Source: Prevotellaceae bacterium (lineage in GTDB: Bacteria; Bacteroidota; Bacteroidia; Bacteroidales; Bacteroidaceae). From it: a DNA stretch of 39,379 nucleotides. Where the stretch lies: the NCBI GenBank assembly GCA_031262265.1, contig JAISIB010000126.1, positions 1 to 39,379 on the forward strand, written 5' to 3'. Shown here piece by piece: positions 26,508 to 35,080 of this stretch (positions are counted from its first letter, which is position 1; each line of letters opens with the position of its first letter). The notes below the pieces were generated by a model that saw nothing but the letters and a program-made list of their open reading frames with translations, searched no databases and was not told where the DNA came from. Both the position numbers and the translations under genes were made by a program.

Positions 26508-28739
26508 TTAGCGCACTAAAAATGTCTCTTTTAACAGTTCCGTATCGGCCGAAGAACCCCCGATTAGGACGAAAAATTCGCCGGATTCTACGATTTTCTG
26601 CATTCGTTTGTCGTAGAAACTTAGCTTTTCTGGCGTGATGGTAAAGCATATCGTTTTAGTCTCACCGGCTTTTAAGTAAACGCGCGCAAAATCTTTCAAC
26701 TCTTTTACCGGACGTGTGACGCTACTATATCTGTCGCGCAAATAAAGCTGAACGATTTCCGTCCCGTCAGTAGAACCGGCGTTGGTCACTTTAACGCTTA
26801 CGCGGAGCGATTCGTCTTTACTGATTTCTTTCGTAGAGAGAGTCAAGTCCTTATATATATAATAGGTATAAGATAATCCGAAGCCGAACGGCCAAAGCGG
26901 CGTGCTTGGTTTTACTACGTACGGATGGAAATATTGAGAGGGCTTATGATTGTATACCATCTGCACTTGTCCTACGCTGCGCGGAATAGTGACGGCCAGC
27001 TTCGCCGATGGATTGATTTTGCCATAAAGGATTTCCGCGATTGCTTGTCCGGCATACATGCCGGGTGCCCATGCTTCGATAATTGCAGGTAAATGTGTCG
27101 CTGCCCATTCTACTCCGAGCGGACGGCCATTGATAAGTATTAGAATTGTCGGTTTGCCGGAGGCCGCCACTTTCTGTATGAGTTCGTTTTGCAAACCTAC
27201 TAAATCAATATCAGAGCGATCGGTGTCTTCTCCGTCCGTCCGTTCCGTCCAGCGAAAACGCATCATGTATTCACCGGCTACCACTATGTTAAGATCAGCT
27301 TGACGGGCGTGCGCGGCAGCGGCTTCGACGGTATCCGGAGACATGTTGCGCGGGTCCCAACCTTGGTCGATGAAATCAAACTCTGTATTGGGTGCGATTT
27401 GTCGTAGCCCGTCGAGAATGGTAACGACCTCTTCTTTCGCTTGCATCGCGCTCCAATCTCCTAGAACGTTGATGTCGTTTGCGTTGATACCTGTCACCAA
27501 TACGCGCCGATACTTGCCGCTATCCAACGGAAGCACTCCGTTGTTTTTCAGCAGAACGATACTGTTGCGCGCAGCCTCCAATGCTGTGTTTCGATGCGTG
27601 GCGCAGCGTGCAATCTCCGTGAATCGTTCTGTCTCGGCAAAGGGTTTTTCGAATAAGCCTAAACGAAACTTTATTTCCAAGATACGGCGAACGGATTGGT
27701 CGATACGCGCTTCGGAGAGGCGGCCTTCGCGTACTAGTTCTACGACTAACTCATTCCATTTTACGCCATGCATGTGCATGTCCATGCCGGCCTCAATAGA
27801 TTGGTAAAAGGCTTCTTTGATATTTTCGGCGGTGCCGTGCAAATCATGGATATGCTCAATATCCATCCAGTCACTGACTACGAAACCCGGGAACTGCCAT
27901 TCTTTGCGTAACACCGTTTGTAGGAGCCATTCGTTACTATGGCAAGGGATTCCGTTTAGTTCGTTGTGCGCCGTCATCAGTGACATCGCACCGGCGTCTA
28001 CGCCCGCCTTGAAAGGAGGAAAGAATATCTCACGCAACGTGCGTTCGGAAATATCGGCCGGCGCACCGTTCGTGCCGTTGACAGGCTGACTACCGCCGAC
28101 AAAATGCTTGATGCAGGCCAATACGTCTTCCGCTCCGTTCAGTTCGCCTTGGTATCCTTTGACGGAGGCAGTTCCTAATTCCGCTACCAAATAAGGGTCT
28201 TCGCCATAAGTTTCTCCCACGCGTCCCCATCGAGGGTCGCGCGCCACTTCGACGTTGGGATTGAATGTCCAATGCATGTTCATGGCACGCATTTCTCGCG
28301 CTGTTTCACGTGCAATCCGGTAGGCCATGGCCGTATCAAACGAGCAAGCCAGTCCGATGTTGGTCGGATATACGGTGTTCCCGGGAGCATTTGCATTTCC
28401 GTGAATAGCGTCAATACCGAAGATCAGAGGAATTTGTAAGCGGCTCTTCATGGCAAGCGATTGCAAGCGGTTGGCTTCTTCGAGGGTCAGCACATGGAGA
28501 AACGACCCGATGAGTCCTTGTTCTGTCCATCGTTCTACGTCGTGCTCGTTGACGCCCGGATAAAATGCATTGGCCGTATTGTTATGCAATTCATCTTCCG
28601 TCATTCCGCTGTTGGCTTTAATATGCTCAATACCTACGAACTGATTCATTTGCCCTACTTTCTCTTCCAGCGTCATGCGTTCGATCAGGTCATTTATCCG
28701 TTTGTCTACGGCAGCCGAAGGGTCTTTGTATATTTCCAT
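26508..28739 (-). CDS. Glycoside hydrolase family 3 beta-glucosidase
   Basis: 743 aa. GIDAIHG, GFVVSDW (nucleophile Asp) and a C-terminal Fn3-like region. No obvious signal peptide. Confidence 0.88.
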   Translation of the reverse strand: MEIYKDPSAAVDKRINDLIERMTLEEKVGQMNQFVGIEHIKANSGMTEDELHNNTANAFYPGVNEHDVERWTEQGLIGSFLHVLTLEEANRLQSLAMKSRLQIPLIFGIDAIHGNANAPGNTVYPTNIGLACSFDTAMAYRIARETAREMRAMNMHWTFNPNVEVARDPRWGRVGETYGEDPYLVAELGTASVKGYQGELNGAEDVLACIKHFVGGSQPVNGTNGAPADISERTLREIFFPPFKAGVDAGAMSLMTAHNELNGIPCHSNEWLLQTVLRKEWQFPGFVVSDWMDIEHIHDLHGTAENIKEAFYQSIEAGMDMHMHGVKWNELVVELVREGRLSEARIDQSVRRILEIKFRLGLFEKPFAETERFTEIARCATHRNTALEAARNSIVLLKNNGVLPLDSGKYRRVLVTGINANDINVLGDWSAMQAKEEVVTILDGLRQIAPNTEFDFIDQGWDPRNMSPDTVEAAAAHARQADLNIVVAGEYMMRFRWTERTDGEDTDRSDIDLVGLQNELIQKVAASGKPTILILINGRPLGVEWAATHLPAIIEAWAPGMYAGQAIAEILYGKINPSAKLAVTIPRSVGQVQMVYNHKPSQYFHPYVVKPSTPLWPFGFGLSYTYYIYKDLTLSTKEISKDESLRVSVKVTNAGSTDGTEIVQLYLRDRYSSVTRPVKELKDFARVYLKAGETKTICFTITPEKLSFYDKRMQKIVESGEFFVLIGGSSADTELLKETFLVR

Positions 28740-28775
28740 AAAATAGTGGGTGTTAGATTATACGGTTTTATTCGT

Positions 28776-29171
28776 TTATTGTTCTTTTATTTTGATGCCA
28801 TTGACGTCTCGGGTGAAAATATATGAGCCGCCGCGCGGACTAAGATCGAAAGGTGAGATGAGATCCGTATGTTGATCGACGATTAAGATAGTATTGTCTT
28901 CTCCCAACCTATGTGTCTCGATGGAACGAGGCGTTGTGGCGATGCGGGCATCCAGTAGCAAACTGTCATTTAGATAAACGGCAATGCTGTCGCCCGCGAA
29001 TCCGTCGGAAAGCGTGAACGTGTAAGTCTCGTGATACTGCGTCGTGCCGGAAAGTTTGCTGTTCATTTGCATACTTATCAGTACGAAAAGAACGACAACG
29101 GCTATAACGGCGAATCCAAGTATGCCGTTTCCGATCATAAAAGCTTTATTTGTATTCAAACGATGCGCCAT
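28776..29171 (-). CDS. Hypothetical single-pass membrane protein (131 aa)
   Basis: One TM helix (GILGFAVIAVVVLFVLI) followed by a beta-rich domain of about 90 aa. Lies 37 nt upstream of GH3 on the same strand. No family recognised. Confidence 0.5.
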   Translation of the reverse strand: MAHRLNTNKAFMIGNGILGFAVIAVVVLFVLISMQMNSKLSGTTQYHETYTFTLSDGFAGDSIAVYLNDSLLLDARIATTPRSIETHRLGEDNTILIVDQHTDLISPFDLSPRGGSYIFTRDVNGIKIKEQ

Positions 29172-29304
29172 ATTCTTCTTTTTTTAGGGCAAAGTAAGGG
29201 AAAAACACCCAATATTTATCAGAAGAACGCCTAAAAACTGTCGAAAGACAGAATTTCCCCGAAACTCTACCTAAAACTATCCTATCGACCCCGCAAAAGG
29301 GGCT

Positions 29305-29312
29305 TACATTTG
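29305..29312 (+). promoter_or_regulatory. Candidate -7 promoter box (TACATTTG) facing the GCTAA-repeat region
   Basis: Matches TAnnTTTG. No plus-strand ORF lies downstream before the hairpin at 29614. Confidence 0.35.
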
Positions 29313-29386
29313 TAACGTCAATCAGAAAGACAGATGCTTTAACCGTAGTAACAAAGAATAAAAAGTTGATAATACAAATTGCCGAG

Positions 29387-29588
29387 AACCAATTATTGAA
29401 AGAACGAAATGCTAAAACAGAAAGTAAATGCTAAGACCTAAGAGAACGCTAAACCCTAACAGACGAAAACCAATTATTAAAGAATTTGCTAAAAACCAAT
29501 TATGACGAAAAGAAAAATGCTAACGACCTAAAATGTAAGAGAAAGGCTAAAACCGACGAAATGCTAAGACCTAAGAGATGCTAAACCG
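29387..29588. repeat. Degenerate direct-repeat array (GCTAA x8, longer duplicated blocks, AACCAATTAT x3)
   Basis: - GCTAA starts at 29411, 29430, 29448, 29488, 29519, 29546, 29563 and 29580.
- AAATGCTAAGACCTAAGAGA is perfectly duplicated at 29426-29445 and 29559-29578.
- ACGAAATGCTAA occurs at 29404 and 29556.
- AACCAATTAT(T) occurs at 29387, 29468 and 29494. Confidence 0.85.
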
Positions 29589-29613
29589 ATTGTAGAAAGA
29601 AATTCGCAACCTT

Positions 29614-29663
29614 AAACGCAGCGCAGCACGACTGACAATAATCAATCGTGCTGCGCTGCGTTT
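29614..29663. terminator. 18-bp perfect hairpin with A/T flanks
   Basis: AAACGCAGCGCAGCACGA (29614-29631), a 14-nt loop, then TCGTGCTGCGCTGCGTTT (29646-29663). Confidence 0.6.
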
Positions 29664-29702
29664 GTCCTGTCCGTCGGTAGAATAAATAGCGCGTAAGTAA
29701 GC

Positions 29703-29746
29703 AAAATATCCGGCTCTGAAAATCTGTTTTCAGAGCCGGATATTTT
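29703..29746 (-). terminator. 20-bp perfect hairpin, terminator of the M64 peptidase gene
   Basis: AAAATATCCGGCTCTGAAAA, TCTG loop, then TTTTCAGAGCCGGATATTTT. It lies 50 nt beyond the stop at 29796. Confidence 0.7.
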
Positions 29747-29795
29747 ATTTACAAGGTTTGAAAATTTACTCTTCCGGTAGGATAATAAAGCGATG

Positions 29796-31043
29796 TTATT
29801 CCGTATAAAACTCAATCATGCGGCGCAATGCGCGCTGACAAACGGGACAGAATGCGGATGCCGTGTTGGTACGCATACGACAGTCGTCGGCCGGACGATA
29901 TACGTCGGCAGAATATCCTCCGCCCTTAAATAGGCCGACGCCGGGCACGTCCATCATATCTTCCCACTTGGAAGCGAAATTGACGCGCGTGGTGATGTTT
30001 TGTTCCCAAGGCTCTACGTCCAACGGATAGGCGGCCGTGGCTATATCGTTAGGGTAGTAGTACTCATCGCCCAATCCCCCGAAACTATGGCCGAACTCGT
30101 GTACGACTACCGGCTTGAATTGCGCATGGTGCGCCGTGGTTAGCGTGTAAGAATTGTAGATTCCGCCGCCGCCGTATGTATTCGTGTTTGCGAGGATAAT
30201 GATATGTTCATAGGGGATGCCGGCCAATTCGTCGTGGATAGCTTTTACGTGTGGCGTAGTCAGGTAGCGAGCGGAATAAAACGTATCGAAATGCGAATCA
30301 ACGGCGGTGCTTTTCCATTCGCCTTTGCGCGGAATACTCACGCCGCTGTCTTCCGACGGACTACAAACGGCGACAATGTTGAAACGCTCGCGCATTGTTC
30401 GGAAAGGCTCGTGTGAAAACAGGGCTTCGCAAGTAGCTTCTGCATCGGCGAGGAAGAGATTCATTTCGTTCTCCGTATATCCTTCTGCCAAGATAGCCAC
30501 GTCAATGTGCGTAGCTACGTCGCCGTTTTTCTCTAAATACTTGTGCGTAGTGATACGCTCGTTACCTATGCGGCGAATGAGTATATCTTTCGGATCCACG
30601 CGGTGACTTAGCGTTGCGATGGTATCGTGATGTGCGTCTAACAAGGTTACATCAATCCACGCCGTTTGCTTGGGCATCGGCAAAAGAAAGACGTTCTCGA
30701 AAGAACGAGGGGTGGTCTTTGCCTCATCTTCGTTCAGCCATTCCAAGAATAAGGCCGAAAATGACGTACGATAGATGATAGTATTACTATCGGCGTCTCT
30801 CATGGAGATTTGTCCGTTGCCTTGTAGTGGCAAGCTACTTAGATTGTGTTTTCTCCCCGCCCATCCGTCGGATTGCGACAGAGCATCCACGTAAATGTGT
30901 TGGCGGGTAATGTCACTACAAAAGGCGTAATCTACCCGAAGCGTTCGCCCGTCGAAATAAGTATCGAACTCTTGGGCGCAAAGCAGCATAGGTAGCCAGA
31001 AAAAACAGCCGGTAATGACCGGCACAAAGAATCTTCGGAACAT
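29796..31043 (-). CDS. M64-family (IgA-peptidase-like) zinc metallopeptidase, secreted
   Basis: Signal peptide. HEFGHSFGGLGDEY is the HExxH site in the M64 context. The N-terminal region is M64_N-like (TLRVDYAF). Confidence 0.82.
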   Translation of the reverse strand: MFRRFFVPVITGCFFWLPMLLCAQEFDTYFDGRTLRVDYAFCSDITRQHIYVDALSQSDGWAGRKHNLSSLPLQGNGQISMRDADSNTIIYRTSFSALFLEWLNEDEAKTTPRSFENVFLLPMPKQTAWIDVTLLDAHHDTIATLSHRVDPKDILIRRIGNERITTHKYLEKNGDVATHIDVAILAEGYTENEMNLFLADAEATCEALFSHEPFRTMRERFNIVAVCSPSEDSGVSIPRKGEWKSTAVDSHFDTFYSARYLTTPHVKAIHDELAGIPYEHIIILANTNTYGGGGIYNSYTLTTAHHAQFKPVVVHEFGHSFGGLGDEYYYPNDIATAAYPLDVEPWEQNITTRVNFASKWEDMMDVPGVGLFKGGGYSADVYRPADDCRMRTNTASAFCPVCQRALRRMIEFYTE

Positions 31044-31106
31044 GGGGTAAAAGGTTTATAATATTGAAAATACGGAACAAAAGTAATGATATTCTTAAAA
31101 AAAGCC

Positions 31107-31114
31107 TACTTTTG
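31107..31114 (+). promoter_or_regulatory. Candidate -7 promoter box (TACTTTTG) for the Lrp/AsnC gene
   Basis: Matches TAnnTTTG, 53 nt upstream of the ATG at 31167. Confidence 0.4.
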
Positions 31115-31166
31115 TGCGGAAATAAAAGTAAACGGTTAATTTTTTGAATAAAACTTACGACTTGTT

Positions 31167-31625
31167 ATGGCACGTAACCAATTGGATGATTTAGACGAGC
31201 AGATTCTTCGGCTCATTGCGAACAATGCACGCATACCGTTCTTGGAAGTGGCGCGCGCATGCGACGTTTCCGGCGCAGCTATCCATCAACGTATCCAGAA
31301 GCTGGCTACTTTGGGTGTTTTGAAAGGTTCGGAATTTGTTATCGACCCCGAGAAAGTGGGTTATGAAACTTGTGCGTACATCGGGATATACCTTCGTGAT
31401 CCCGAGTCCTTTGATAGAGTGGTGGCGGCTTTGCGGGAAATTCCCGAAGTAGTGGAATGCCATTTTACGACCGGTAAATATGATATGTTCATCAAACTGT
31501 ATGCGAAGAACAACCATCATTTGTTGAGTATCATACACGATAAATTGCAACCGCTCGGGCTAACGCGTTCGGAGACGCTGATCTCGTTCAACGAGGTTAT
31601 AAAGCGGCAAATCCCGATTCCTTAG
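31167..31625 (+). CDS. Lrp/AsnC-family transcriptional regulator
   Basis: 152 aa. N-terminal helix-turn-helix (LDEQILRLIANNARIPFLEVARACDVSGAAIHQRIQKL) and a C-terminal RAM/AsnC_trans_reg domain. Confidence 0.9.
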   Translation: MARNQLDDLDEQILRLIANNARIPFLEVARACDVSGAAIHQRIQKLATLGVLKGSEFVIDPEKVGYETCAYIGIYLRDPESFDRVVAALREIPEVVECHFTTGKYDMFIKLYAKNNHHLLSIIHDKLQPLGLTRSETLISFNEVIKRQIPIP

Positions 31626-32200
31626 TTTTTAGCGCGTTCCCGTAGTAGTTCGACCGTACTTGGGTGTAAAAAGTAGCGCACGTCGCGCTCTTCGTCTAAG
31701 GCTTGGCGTACGAAAGTAGAACTAATATTCAACAACGGAGCAGAAACGACCTGAACGGAAGACGGTAGTTTCTGCTTATTTGTTAGCGGGAATCCCGAAC
31801 GCGGATACACCAGAATGTGGTACTCGCGTATGAAGCGTTCATGTTCTTTCCAAAGGTTGAATTGCAACCAATTGTCGGAACCGATAATCAATACGAAGGT
31901 ATAATCGGGATATAGCTTGTGCAAGTAATCAAACGTAGTGATCGTATAAGACGGACGCGGCAGAGAAAATTCTACGTCGCACACGTGGAAACGAGCGTAC
32001 TCTTTCGTTGCCTGTCTTACCAGCTGCAAACGAAACTCGTCGTCCCACAGCTCCTCGGAATCTTTCAAAGGATTGCGCGGCGAGACCATAAACCACATTT
32101 CGTCTACGTAGTCGTAAGCGCATAGGTAGTTGGCCAAAGCCAGATGTCCGATATGAATCGGACTGAACGAGCCGCCAAAAATACCGATGCGTTTGCTCAT
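31622..32200 (-). CDS. nadD: Nicotinate-nucleotide adenylyltransferase
   Basis: The ATG at 32200 gives MSKRIGIFGGSFSPIHIGHLALA, the (H/T)xGH nucleotidyltransferase motif. The ISST motif lies near the C-terminus. Confidence 0.85.
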   Translation of the reverse strand: MSKRIGIFGGSFSPIHIGHLALANYLCAYDYVDEMWFMVSPRNPLKDSEELWDDEFRLQLVRQATKEYARFHVCDVEFSLPRPSYTITTFDYLHKLYPDYTFVLIIGSDNWLQFNLWKEHERFIREYHILVYPRSGFPLTNKQKLPSSVQVVSAPLLNISSTFVRQALDEERDVRYFLHPSTVELLRERAKN

Positions 32201-32201
32201 A

Positions 32202-35039
32202 TTATCCGCGCGTGGGAAGTAGCATTCTGTCTCCAAGCGTATTGTCTGCGCGTGCCACGTTTACCCAGAACTTATTGTCGCGTACGGATTCAATTGGGTA
32301 AGCCGCCTTTTCGCGGGAGTAGGCGTGTTCCCATTTGTCGGCAACTATCTCATATTCGGGATGCGGCGCATTAACCAGTACGTTGTCATCCGCCGGATAG
32401 GCGCCGTTTTTTATTTCTTCGATTTCGTTCCAAATACTCAGCATCACGTTCGTAAAATTATCCAGTTCGGCGAGACTTTCACTCTCGGTAGGCTCAATCA
32501 TTAACGTGCCGTGTACCGGAAACGAGAGAGTTGGCGCGTGATAACCGTAGTCCATTAAGCGTTTGGCTATATCATTTTCACTGATGCCCGTAAGTTCGTG
32601 TAGCTTGCGGCAATCTAATATCATTTCGTGCCCGACAAAACCGTTCGAGCCGCGATATACGATGCCGTAGGTATCTTGTAAGCAAGCCGCCAAGTAATTT
32701 GCGTTGAGTATGGCCGTTTGTGTGGCGCGTATAAGTCCTTCGCTGCCCATCATACAAATATATCCGTAGGTTATCGGTAAGATTCCGGCACTTCCGTAAG
32801 GCGCGGCGGATACTTCGTTACGAGAGTTGCCGAAGAGCGCATGTCCCGGCAAGAATGGGATTAAATGTTCGCCCACGCAAATAGGGCCAACGCCCGGCCC
32901 ACCACCGCCGTGAGGCGAAGCAAACGTTTTATGCAAGTTCAAATGGCAAACATCTGCGCCGATCGTAGCCGGATTCGTAAGACCTACTTGTGCGTTCATA
33001 TTAGCTCCGTCCATGTAAACTTGCGCTCCGTGTTCATGAATAATATGACAAATCTCTACAATATCCGTTTCAAAGATGCCGTGCGTAGAGGGATAGGTAA
33101 TCATCAACGCAGCCAGTTCGTCTTTATGCGTTTCGGCTTTGGCGCGCAAATCATCCATGTCTACATTTCCATGAGCATCGCATGCGCAGGTAACAGTCGT
33201 GTATCCGGCTTGAATGGCCGACGCAGGATTTGTTCCGTGCGCCGATGCCGGAATAAGTACCTTATTTCGGTGTCCTTGTCCGATGCTTTCTAAGTAAGAG
33301 CGTATTACTCGTAAACCGGCGTACTCGCCCGCTGCGCCTGAGTTTGGTTGTAAGCTGACGCCCGCAAAGCCGGTGATTTTTTTCAAAGCTACGCACAAAT
33401 TATCTATTAACTCGCGATAACCGGCAGCTTGTTCGGCCGGCGCGAGCGGATGTACGGCCATTAGCTCCGGACGACTGAGCGGTAGCATTTCGGCAGCGGC
33501 ATTTAGTTTCATCGTGCACGAGCCTAAAGCGATCATCGAGTGCGTCAACGAAATATCCTTGCGTTCCAAACGCTTGATATAGCGCATCAATTCTGTTTCG
33601 GTGCGGTATTTGCGGAATACTTCGTGTTGTAGGAAGTCTGTCTTGCGGTATAATTCGGCAGGAATGGCTTTGTTTGTCGAAACAATCTTCTGCAATTTCG
33701 GAGCTTCCTGCTCGGCGGCAATGCCGAATACCGTTAGTAGGGTATTAACCGAATCTATGTCCGTAGTTTCGTCTACGCTTAATCCCACATCGCCGTTGTC
33801 GTAGTAACGAAGGTTTATTTCTTTGCTCTCGGAAATGGTACGCAATTTATGCGTGGAGACTTGCTCGGGCAGGTGGAAGCGTAGCGTGTCGAAGTAGTTG
33901 CAATTGACTTGGCGGTAGCCAAGTTGTGTTAGATGTTCGTCCAAACAAACAGCAATGTCGTGGATTTGTCCGGCAATGTCCTTTAATCCTTCTGCTCCGT
34001 GGTAAACGGCGTAAAAACTTGCCATTGTTGCCAGCAGAGCTTGGGCGGTACAAATGTTCGAGGTTGCTTTTTCTCGTTTGATGTGTTGCTCGCGCGTTTG
34101 CAAGGCCATACGGTAGCAGGGCTTTCCGTATTTGTCTTGCGAACGACCGATAATACGGCCGGGCATATTGCGTTTGTATTCGTCGCGAGTGGCGAAGTAT
34201 GCCGCCGAAGGACCTCCGTAAAATAAAGGAGTTCCTAATCTCTGGCTACTACCAAAGACAATATCGGCACCCCATTCGCCCGGTGGCGTCAGAAGTACTA
34301 AACTTAGTATATCAGCCGCGACAGCTACTTTGCATTCGGCTTGATGGGCTTGTTCGACCAATGCGCGATAATCTTCTATGCTACCCGAAGCGTTCGGATA
34401 CTGCAATAGGCAGGCGAAAACTTCCGGCGTAAAGGAGAATTCGCTGTATTTTCCTGTTTTTATTTGAATGCCTTGCGGGAGCGCGCGAGTGAGAATGACG
34501 GCCAAGGTTTGCGGAAACACTTCTTCGTCTATGAGAACGATATTGGCTCCCGTTCGTTGTTGAGCGCGCGTACGCAATCCGTACATCATTGATATGGCTT
34601 CGGCGGCAGCGGTGGCTTCGTCCAGCAACGAACTGTTGGCCAAGGGTAAACCGGTTAGGTCGCTAATGACGGTTTGAAAGTTAATTAGTGCTTCGAGCCG
34701 CCCTTGCGATACTTCTGCCTGATAGGGCGTGTAAGACGTGTACCATACGGGATTTTCAAATACGTTGCGCTGAATGGCAGCCGGCGTAATGGTATTGTAC
34801 CAACCCATGCCGATATACGAAGTGAAGAGTTTGTTCTTGGAAGCCAACGCGCCGATATGTTCGGCGAAACGGTGTTCGCTCAGCGGAGCACCTACATCAA
34901 ATGTTTTTAGACGGATGTTGCTTGGTATAGTCTTGTCGATAAGTTCGTCCAACGATGCAACGCCGATTTTTCGGAGCATTTCTTGTTCCTCTTGTCGGTT
35001 GATGCCGATATGACGGCACTGGAATAAATCAGTCTTCAT
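32202..35039 (-). CDS. gcvP: Glycine dehydrogenase (decarboxylating), single-chain P-protein
   Basis: About 945 aa from the ATG at 35039 (MKTDLFQCRHIGI...). Typical GcvP motifs are YQAEVSQGRLEAL and NLHKTFASPHGGGGPG (PLP lysine). Confidence 0.95.
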   Translation of the reverse strand: MKTDLFQCRHIGINRQEEQEMLRKIGVASLDELIDKTIPSNIRLKTFDVGAPLSEHRFAEHIGALASKNKLFTSYIGMGWYNTITPAAIQRNVFENPVWYTSYTPYQAEVSQGRLEALINFQTVISDLTGLPLANSSLLDEATAAAEAISMMYGLRTRAQQRTGANIVLIDEEVFPQTLAVILTRALPQGIQIKTGKYSEFSFTPEVFACLLQYPNASGSIEDYRALVEQAHQAECKVAVAADILSLVLLTPPGEWGADIVFGSSQRLGTPLFYGGPSAAYFATRDEYKRNMPGRIIGRSQDKYGKPCYRMALQTREQHIKREKATSNICTAQALLATMASFYAVYHGAEGLKDIAGQIHDIAVCLDEHLTQLGYRQVNCNYFDTLRFHLPEQVSTHKLRTISESKEINLRYYDNGDVGLSVDETTDIDSVNTLLTVFGIAAEQEAPKLQKIVSTNKAIPAELYRKTDFLQHEVFRKYRTETELMRYIKRLERKDISLTHSMIALGSCTMKLNAAAEMLPLSRPELMAVHPLAPAEQAAGYRELIDNLCVALKKITGFAGVSLQPNSGAAGEYAGLRVIRSYLESIGQGHRNKVLIPASAHGTNPASAIQAGYTTVTCACDAHGNVDMDDLRAKAETHKDELAALMITYPSTHGIFETDIVEICHIIHEHGAQVYMDGANMNAQVGLTNPATIGADVCHLNLHKTFASPHGGGGPGVGPICVGEHLIPFLPGHALFGNSRNEVSAAPYGSAGILPITYGYICMMGSEGLIRATQTAILNANYLAACLQDTYGIVYRGSNGFVGHEMILDCRKLHELTGISENDIAKRLMDYGYHAPTLSFPVHGTLMIEPTESESLAELDNFTNVMLSIWNEIEEIKNGAYPADDNVLVNAPHPEYEIVADKWEHAYSREKAAYPIESVRDNKFWVNVARADNTLGDRMLLPTRG

Positions 35040-35080
35040 ATTAAATATACAAAAAGTGTAGGTAGTTCCAAATTTCGGCA

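Larger units (their letters stand above)
29320..29663 (+). ncRNA. Candidate A-rich ncRNA of about 345 nt carrying eight GCUAA motifs and ending at a strong hairpin
   Basis: No ORF of 60 aa or more in any frame. Bounded by the -7 box at 29305 and the 18-bp hairpin at 29614-29663. Internal repeats are listed in the repeat feature. The strand assignment is inferred. Confidence 0.35.

Noticed and set aside
29387-29588. Possible CRISPR array, because of the recurring short motifs.
   Set aside because: The repeat units are only 5-20 nt, degenerate and irregularly spaced at 17-40 nt. There are no unique spacers of constant length and no cas genes in the window.
29409-29595. Mini-ORFs that all start with ATGCTAA inside the repeat region. 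Examples are the 25-aa basic peptide MLRPKRTLNPNRRKPIIKEFAKNQL at 29428-29505, plus MLKQKVNAKT, MLTT, MLRPKRC and MLNRL.
   Set aside because: They arise because the repeated motif contains ATG followed by frequent TAA and TAG codons. Lengths of 4-25 codons and differing frames argue against coding. This remains an alternative only if ribosome profiling shows translation.
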